Below, one piece after another: positions 55,947-64,000 of a stretch of DNA of 64,000 bases. The DNA comes from Eledone cirrhosa. Lineage: Eukaryota. Each line of letters begins with the position of its first letter. Positions within the stretch are counted from its first letter, which is position 1. The notes below the pieces were generated by a model. That model did not search any database. It saw only the letters and a program-made list of their open reading frames with translations, and was not told where the DNA came from. A program made the translations under genes and the position numbers. The stretch spans positions 332,258,001-332,322,000 of the forward strand of contig OZ024743.1 in assembly GCA_964016885.1 (NCBI GenBank), written 5' to 3'.

Positions 55947-56332
55947 CATCACTACCACCGCCACCACCACAACCACTACGACCCCCCCCCCCCCCCACCA
56001 CCACCACCAGCACTACTACTACTACTACTACTACCACCACAACCACTACGACGACCACCACTACCACCACCACCACTACGACGACGACGACTACGACCAC
56101 CACCACTACCGCCACAACCACTATTAATACTACCACCACCACCACCACTACTACCACCACTACTACTACTACTACCACCACTACCATACCCCCCCCCCCT
56201 ACCACCACCACCACTACTACTACTACTACTACCACCACCACCACCACCACTACCACCACCACCACTACCACCACCACCACCACTATCACCACCACCACTA
56301 CTACCACCACCACCACCACCACCACCACCACC

Positions 56333-56364
<32 letters not shown>

Positions 56365-56920
56365 CACCACCACCACCACCACTACCACCACCACCACCAC
56401 CACCACTACCACCACCACCACTACCACCACCACCACCACTATCACCACCACTACTACTACCACCACCACCACCACCACCACCACCACCACTACCACCACC
56501 ACTACTACTACCACTACCACCACCACCACCACCACTACCACCACCACCACTACTACTACCACCACCACCACCACCACCACCATCACCACCACCACTACCA
56601 CCACCACCACTACCACCACCACTACCACTACCACCACTACTACTACCACCACCACCACCACCACTACCACCACCACTACTACCACCACCACCACCACCAC
56701 CACCACCACCACTACCACCACCACCACTACCACCACCACTACCACTACCACCACTACTACTACCACCACCACCACCACTACCACCACCACTACCACCACC
56801 ACCACCACCACCACCACCACCACCACCACCACCACTACCACCACCACTACTACCACCACCACCACTACCACCACCACTACCACTACCACCACTACTACTA
56901 CTACTACCACCACCACCACT
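53113..56920. repeat. About 3.8-kb compound (ACC/ACT)n repeat with an internal block duplication
   Basis: Seen directly. Marker ACACTACGACCACGACCACC occurs at 54381 and 55541. Confidence 0.97.
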
Positions 56921-57129
56921 AATACGACCTCTCCGAGTAAATAAACAAGAAAAATAGGCTTCCTGCCAAGTGAAAGAAATTCCGATATATTTTCTATTGA
57001 TAAAAACTGTTAAAATTCCCAATATTTATATAATCTCTGGCATACCTCTTCACACACACTCTCTCTCTCTCATGTGTGAACACTCATCGATACATATATG
57101 TATGTATATATATATATATGTGTGTGTGT

Positions 57130-57196
<67 letters not shown>

Positions 57197-57278
57197 CTGT
57201 ATATATATATATACTGTATATATATATATATACTGTATATATATACTGTATATATATACTGTATATATATATATATAC

Positions 57279-57602
57279 AGGTAACGGTAAAGACCCACTT
57301 TGGTCACTAATGACCATGAGATTTGCATTTAGAAAGTTCCCCTCCGAGGCACAAGTCCGGGCAGGGTTATTTGTGGAAGACCAGTTGCCACTCATGCATA
57401 TCAGTCACCTCTATCCACACCACCGATGTTGTCCAAGGGAAAGGCAATGGCCGATACAGTTTGGCACCAGTGACGTCAACTCATTTCTACAGCTGCGTGA
57501 AATAAAGTGTCTTGCTCAAGAAAACAACGCAAAGCCCAGTCCGAGAATCGAACCTGCAATCACAGGATTGTAAGCCCGACGCTCTAACACTAAGCCATGC
57601 GC
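57279..57602 (-). mobile_element. tRNA-derived SINE, near full length (partial copy at 60378-60462)
   Basis: Minus strand CGCATGGCTTAGTGTTAGAGCG (A box), GGTTCGATTCTC (B box), CTTGAGCAAGACACTTTATTTCAC body. GGCACAAGTCCGGGCA is shared with 60434-60450. Confidence 0.82.
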
Positions 57603-57616
57603 ATTCACACACACAC

Positions 57617-57749
<133 letters not shown>

Positions 57750-57928
57750 CATGTGTACACACACACACACACATACATACATACATACACACACACATAT
57801 ATATATATTATATATATATATATATAGGTATTGAAGTTTCCGTTTAAAATTGAAAAAGTCATAGGAGTGAAGAGTGCTCTATGTAAGTACCAGAGCAAAA
57901 TTTAATGTATAATAAACAATACAATATA

Positions 57929-58004
57929 ATTACCTCATTACCAGAGGTTTCCCGAATAAGACGAATACGAAAAATGTCCTCATTCGTTCGTCGGACAAGG
58001 CAAT
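57929..58004 (-). ncRNA. Type I hammerhead ribozyme, variant core CCGACGA
   Basis: Minus strand: ATTGCCTTGT-CCGACGA-ACGAATGAGGAC..GTCTTATTCGG-GAAACCTCTGGTA-ATGAGGTAAT. 10-bp stem I with G.U pairs, long stem II, stem III ACC/GGT, GUA triplet; U4 is replaced by C. Confidence 0.72.
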
Positions 58005-58364
58005 TTAAAACATAGTGAAATATTTTGAAAGTCTCCTCAAGAAATGCAAAAAATATATAAATAAAAGTAATGAAAGAGATATATAAAAAAATATAAGGAA
58101 ATATAGTTAGGGTATGTGTATATATATGTATATATACTCACAAATGTACATATGTGTGTATATACAAATGCATGTGTATGGTGAAAATGTGTGCGTATGT
58201 ACATATATGAGGGCAAGTATATTTGTGTATATGTGACCACAAATACGTATATAATATGAGTTGAAAAAGAAATTGTATGATAATATAGTTGACACATCCA
58301 GATACAGGTATTAAATACACATACGAGTATGAAAGCACGCGTATAAACATACACACACGCGCGG

Positions 58365-58787
58365 TCACTCATTGTATATGCGGCTAAAGTGACAACCATC
58401 AGCAACAACCAACCAGCCACCAGCGAATGATATGTGGGTATGACACAAGACAAATTCAAAACGCGTTATTACTCACATGTCGCATCTTTCCGACATCCAG
58501 ATAAAAGATTCACAACAGCTCTGGCTAGCAGAATATGGGATTTGAAAGACCAATGTATCCAATATAAATTGGATTGGTCAATTTTGAACCAATCTAAAGA
58601 ATATGCAAGAGGAACAAGATGCACACTCTGCATAAGTGAAAAATATTGGATTTTACAGAACCTTAAATCACCAAAAACCTGCTTAAATACAAAAACAGAA
58701 ATTTTCACCAGTTGCCCACACATGAAATCACACTTGCTTTCCAGCTCATATAAACTTAACTCACTTTCAGATACTTATCCTCCATAA
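58365..58787 (+). pseudogene. Penelope GIY-YIG endonuclease domain (one in-frame stop, 5'-truncated)
   Basis: IVYAAKVTT...SE*YVGMTQDKFKTRYYSHVASFRH...TALASRIWDLKD...WSIL...CTLCISEKYWIL...LNTKTEIFTSCPH. Confidence 0.9.
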
Positions 58788-59155
58788 ACTCTTATTCTTC
58801 ACTTTCCTTAAATTATTCTCTTTACAGACTTCTCTTTCTGATTTACTTTCATTTTTAACTTTAATTTTAATTTTATTTTTATTTTTACTTCACATCCACC
58901 AGTAACTCCCCCCCCCCCCCCTACTTTTCGATTCACTTACCTAATATATTCACATTCCACATTTTACTTCCCCATTTTCTTTCACTACCTGATATCGCTT
59001 GTCACTTGCGTTTTCCATTCCAGATATATTCTGTTGTTTCGCAGCCGATTTTATATTTGTACTCATTTATTCATATGGCTGATTTATAATCTGTATCTAT
59101 GTGTCTGAGTGTGCTTATGTGTGTATACGTTCTATATATTTGAGACAGCCAGAAC

Positions 59156-59901
59156 GATTTTACCGTTACTGTATAGGGAACAATATCTACAGGTTAGCAA
59201 TTAAATAGAAAAAAACCAGTTCAGAATCAAATCTCTGGATTGGAGTTTTAAATTACCTGTAGATATTGTTCCCTATACAGTAACGGTAAAATCACTTGTA
59301 ATAATTCTTTACACACATCTCACTATGTAACACACTTCTCTTTGTGTAATATAAACTTGCATTTGAGCTCAGAAGGAAATTCTCTATTCTTCTTGAGCTA
59401 ATACTATTATTATTATTATTACAGTGAACTGCGGAATACTCTTAATTCCGATCTTTGTATACTTAATGAGCTCCAAATTGTTGAGCTAATAATTCGCATG
59501 GTTGGGCTGCACTTTCTACCATCTTCCCCAATCCATGAGAGCCGTTATTTGATTCAAATAACACGTGATTTCGCCCTACTCTGGCCAGCGTGTCTATTTG
59601 CAATCTCTCTATCCATGAGGTTAGATGTGTAGTGTTCAGTGTTCGCATTTGATGACTGAGGATCCATGTGAACTGATACTGCACATATAAGTGGTGAAAC
59701 GAAGCTAGATTCGTATCAGCAAAATATAGTTATAAGGTTTGTGATTTAAAACTCCAATCCAGAGATTTGATTCTGAACTGGTTTTTTTCTATTTAATTGC
59801 TAACCTGTAGATATTGTTCCCTATACAGTAACGGTAAAATCACTTGTAATAATTCTTTACACACATCTCACTGTGTAACACACTTCTCTTTGTGTAATAT
59901 A
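59156..59901 (+). mobile_element. Penelope-type pLTR fragment with nested inverted and direct repeats
   Basis: 98-bp perfect inverted repeat 59156-59253 / 59744-59841; 99-bp direct repeat 59255-59353 / 59803-59901 (one mismatch); hammerhead inside. Confidence 0.75.
59648..59723 (+). ncRNA. Type I hammerhead ribozyme
   Basis: Stem I TTTGATGA / TCAGCAAA (7/8); core CTGAGGA (59656-62); stem II CCAT/GTGG plus ATGTG/CACAT; GAAA (59696-99); stem III ACGAA/TTCGT; GUA triplet at 59713-15. Confidence 0.75.
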
Positions 59902-59936
59902 TATATATATATATATATACTGTATATATATATATA

Positions 59937-60006
<70 letters not shown>

Positions 60007-60292
60007 TATATATATATATATATATATACAGTATATATATATATATATATATATATACTGTATATATATATAATGAGAGTGAGTAAAATCGAAGTTGCAG
60101 CTAATGCAGCATCTATCGAAAGAACAATCCTCAGAGCTGACGCAAGCACTCGATAAGATGATATTGATAAATTGATAAATTAAATCTTAGAGTAATAAAC
60201 ATACGTTAAAAGTATGACAAATTGAAAACTGTGGCTAGGTAAAAGAATGCCACAACCTCCACTACAACAACGAAAATACAAACAGGTAATAC

Positions 60293-60382
<90 letters not shown>

Positions 60383-60618
60383 TCTTCGGTCACAAGTTAC
60401 CATGGGATTTGCACCTAGATAGTCCCTCTCCAAGGCACAAGTCCGGGGCAAGGTTGCTTATGGTGGCGGTGATGTTGGTGATAAATGAGAATGATGAAGA
60501 TGATGGCGGTGATGATGGTGATGAAGTCGATGAAGGTGGTGATGGTGGTGTTGGTGGTGGAATAATTATAATTATAGGCTGTTTTATCAAAATTTGTGTC
60601 CTCACCTCTGATGTTATA

Positions 60619-60664
60619 ATCACAACATTTCGGACATTGTAATCTCCGGTCGTCTTCAGGTGAC
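60619..60664 (-). ncRNA. Degenerate minimal hammerhead (Penelope pLTR remnant)
   Basis: Minus strand GTCAC-CTGAAGA-CGACCGGAGATTACAATGTCC-GAAATGTT-GTGAT. Stem I is intact, stem II is weak. Confidence 0.55.
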
Positions 60665-61288
60665 TTTCGTATTCGGTAATGTTCTCGAAATCTCGACTAG
60701 AACCCTCTATTCAAACCGTAGATTGCTCTTATTTTGTTGTTCATACCCAGAATATCTTCATACTTAGTTAACTCTTAACGTCCTATATCACATGAAGTCG
60801 TATTCGCAAGACTTTATTGGAAAGGAAAAACAGCACTATGACTCTATGACTGCATCCCATTAAAATTTAAAGTCTTTAGTTTAATACTGCATATTTTCAC
60901 AACGATCTTTCCATCAGTAACGATACTATAAAGATTTGAATTAACAAGCCACATAAAACCACATTAGTAGAACATTCTTAAAAAGTACAGAACAACACTA
61001 TGACTCCATCCCATTAAAAATTAAAGTTATTACTTAAATAATGCAAATTTTCACAGTTATGTGTCCGGTATTAAAGATAAAATAAACATTTAAGTTAAGA
61101 AACTGACATTTAGTGGTTTCCTGCTAAATCATTACAGGATGTAATGGGTTAATAGTAATAATAGTAAATTTGAAGAATAAAATCCAGTATATATATATAT
61201 ATACAGAAGTTAAAAACAAAAACAATAACGAAGAGTGCAGTACAAACAGTGTTGGTATTAGGTTTACACTTGAGAGTGGGGGGTGGGG

Positions 61289-61322
61289 GACGACGTTCCG
61301 GGCATAAGCCCTTCATCAGGAG
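61289..61322 (-). ncRNA. Degenerate minimal hammerhead (probably inactive)
   Basis: Minus strand CTGATGA-AGGGCTTATGCCC-GGAACGTC. GAAA is mutated to GGAA and stem I is poor. Confidence 0.5.
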
Positions 61323-61496
61323 AAAAGTGGGAAGGAAAAGAGTTCAGAAGGTGTGAGGGGGAGTGGTGAAAAGACATTAAAAAGGGGGAGGGTTAAAGGG
61401 AAGGAAAAAAAATAAAAATGAGGGTAAAAAAATTAAAATGAAAACAAGTGGTGAAAGTAAAGTTAATTTTACCTTTATTATGTGTGTGTGCGTGTA

Positions 61497-61539
<43 letters not shown>

Positions 61540-61599
61540 ATAATAATAAATTATTTTAATAAATATATAGTAATAAATATATAGTAATAATAATAAATT

Positions 61600-61949
61600 A
61601 TTTTAATAAATATATATATATGCATATATATATATATGCATATATATATATATATATATATATATGCATATATATATATATATGCATATATATATATATA
61701 TGCATATATATATATGCATATATATATGCATATATATATATATGCATATATGTATATATGCATATATATGCATATATATATATGCATATATATATATGCA
61801 TATATATATATATATATATATATATGCATATATATATATATGCATATATATATATATGCATATATATATATATGCATAGATATATATATGCATATATATA
61901 TATGCATATATATATATATATATATGCATATATATAAATATGACCCTCC

Positions 61950-61987
<38 letters not shown>

Positions 61988-61990
61988 TTA
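61600..61990. repeat. (TA)n with recurrent GC interruptions (TATGCATA)
   Basis: Seen directly. Confidence 0.93.
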
Positions 61991-62705
61991 TGTTTATTTA
62001 AAAACAACCCGGTCGAGAGCTTACTTCGATTTGTGCAGTTTTTGCGATTTTTTTGCAACTCCTTTACACATTTTGAATGCACCCGCCAAAAACAGGGGTT
62101 ACCTCCCTAGCAGAGTAACCACGTGAGGTTGTGGCTTCACTAATACTTCATTTGAACCTGGTAGGTGGTAGAGAGCAAAAACCTGTTGACAAAGTGTCTG
62201 CCTTGTTCAATCATTATACCAAAAGCTTACAATGAAAGCAGACAGTATACTTGATTTAGGGGTCACAGAAACCTCCCACTAGATTTTACCACAACGTTCC
62301 AAGAAGGTCCAGGTAATGTTTTGTTAATCTGTTTAGCTTGCTCGTTTTTATAATGTATCTGGCCCTGATAACGTATATTAATTGCTCTGGCTTCTCCTAG
62401 TCCATTGAGCGCTTGCCGGCATATCTCGAAAATTGCGTTTCGTTTTGTTTTGGCAGCCGCCGAAATACGATCTCGCTGAAATTATATTTGTATATATTTA
62501 CATATATATATGTGCATACATACACACGCACACACATAACAAAGGTAAAATTAAATATACAGAGCTCAAAGGAAATCAGAGAATTATATATGATAATATA
62601 TAATTGCCACGTCTTTTCAGAATTAGCTTGATTGGTTTGAAGGAAAAGAAGTTTTTAGGCATGAAGATTTGGAATTTGAAACAAACACAAAGTAAAGAAT
62701 CAAGT

Positions 62706-62706
<1 letters not shown>

Positions 62707-62786
<80 letters not shown>

Positions 62787-62900
62787 TATACACATATATA
62801 TATATATACATATATATATACATATATATGCATATATATACATATATATACATATATGTATATATATGCATATATATGTATATATATATGTATGTATATA

Positions 62901-62941
<41 letters not shown>

Positions 62942-63056
62942 TTGATTCTTTACTTTGTGTATATATATGTATATATATGTGTGTGTATATATATATATAC
63001 ATATATATACATATATGTATATATATATATACACACACATATATATACATATATAT

Positions 63057-63130
<74 letters not shown>
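62707..63130. repeat. (TA)n/(TG)n microsatellite
   Basis: Seen directly. Confidence 0.93.
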
Positions 63131-63206
63131 AAAACTTAGCTTTTAAATCATATTTTTTTTAATTCTCCCATATATATACTTGATTATATATTTAAATATC
63201 TATCTA

Positions 63207-63286
63207 TTGGGTCGTCAAGTACGAAATTTGTAGTGAGGCATTAACAAACTTTGTTTTTTCTACAAATTTCATACTTGACAACCCAA
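63207..63286. mobile_element. 80-bp mariner-type MITE
   Basis: TA|TTGGGTCGTCAAGTACGAAATTTGTAG ... CTACAAATTTCATACTTGACAACCCAA|TA. 27-bp TIRs (25/27) and a TA TSD. Confidence 0.85.
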
Positions 63287-63622
63287 TATATTGAGACTCT
63301 TTTCCTACTACATCAAGCGTTAAACTAATATATTTCTTCATTGTACTGTGTCGTTTGGTTTGTTATTTCAGTTTGCCTTTTGCATATATATATATATATA
63401 TACATAGAGAGAGAGAGGGAGCAGAGAGAGAGAGAGAGAGGCTAACCCAAGGATTGAACTCACGATCAGGAGATTGGCTGATGTACGTTATTCTTAACCA
63501 ATGATTATATTGGTCATAACCTCATACCCTACAACTGCCTGGAGCATTAAATACATACATACATACATACATACATACATACATACATACATACATACAT
63601 ACATACATACATACATACATAC

Positions 63623-64000
63623 ATGGTGGCTGCCAACTCGTTTTCGAGTACGGCCACTACTTTATATCCATGTAGGAGAACCCCTACCAATGCGCTGAAC
63701 GAGTGTGACTTTTTAGTCCAGCCAGCGACTTGAAAACTCTGGTACAAACACTACACTTGTGACAATTATTGACACATAGTGCTGGGCCCATGGTACCATG
63801 TGACGACAAGTGCAGAGAGATCTCCAGATATAAAGCAATGCCTGTGCTGTGAAGCTTTTATAGTGAGCAAAGGCACTGCACAAAGCCAGTCCCACTCTCT
63901 TAACCAAGATGATATTTACCAAAAAGAAGAACAATTCAACATCATTGGATACCATCAGGGTTGCAGGTGTTATATCAGAGTTTTCCTTCTCCTAGAATTC
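63623..64000. repeat. Interspersed repeat paralogous to 48637-48900, preceded by (CATA)n
   Basis: Shared blocks with the 48.6-kb copy. Confidence 0.7.

Larger units (their letters stand above)
57830..59155. mobile_element. Penelope-like element with an internal inversion (3' UTR/pLTR on minus, GIY-YIG on plus)
   Basis: Hammerhead on the minus strand at 57929-58004 back-to-back with a plus-strand GIY-YIG ORF end. Outer boundaries approximate. Confidence 0.7.

Noticed and set aside
53048-57022. Formin/extensin/mucin-like poly-Pro and poly-Thr ORFs
   Set aside because: (ACC/ACT)n repeat with internal frame switches and no unique coding flanks.

Overview
Eukaryotic, repeat-dominated genomic DNA. 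The SINE families and the (TA)n/(CA)n/(GA)n load look like an octopod cephalopod; this is inference from recalled repeat families. I can support no intact host gene. Layout: (1) a 17.2-kb array of a 49-bp satellite with higher-order structure; (2) a 946-bp foldback element with 213-bp perfect inverted arms and a nested hAT-type MITE; (3) a 200-N gap and long microsatellites; (4) several Penelope-like remnants (GIY-YIG C-termini, inverted pLTR pieces) carrying five recognisable type-I hammerhead motifs plus one hammerhead-derived palindrome; (5) a 2-kb non-coding LTR element with a 4-bp TSD, inserted in an old Tx1-like LINE, whose tRNA-Trp primer site runs past the A58 position; (6) two younger Tx1/L1-clade LINE copies head-to-tail at (GATA)n tracts; (7) RTE, CRE and R4/Dong LINE fragments, tRNA-derived SINEs, small MITEs and minisatellites. 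Almost all long ORFs in the supplied track are microsatellite artefacts.
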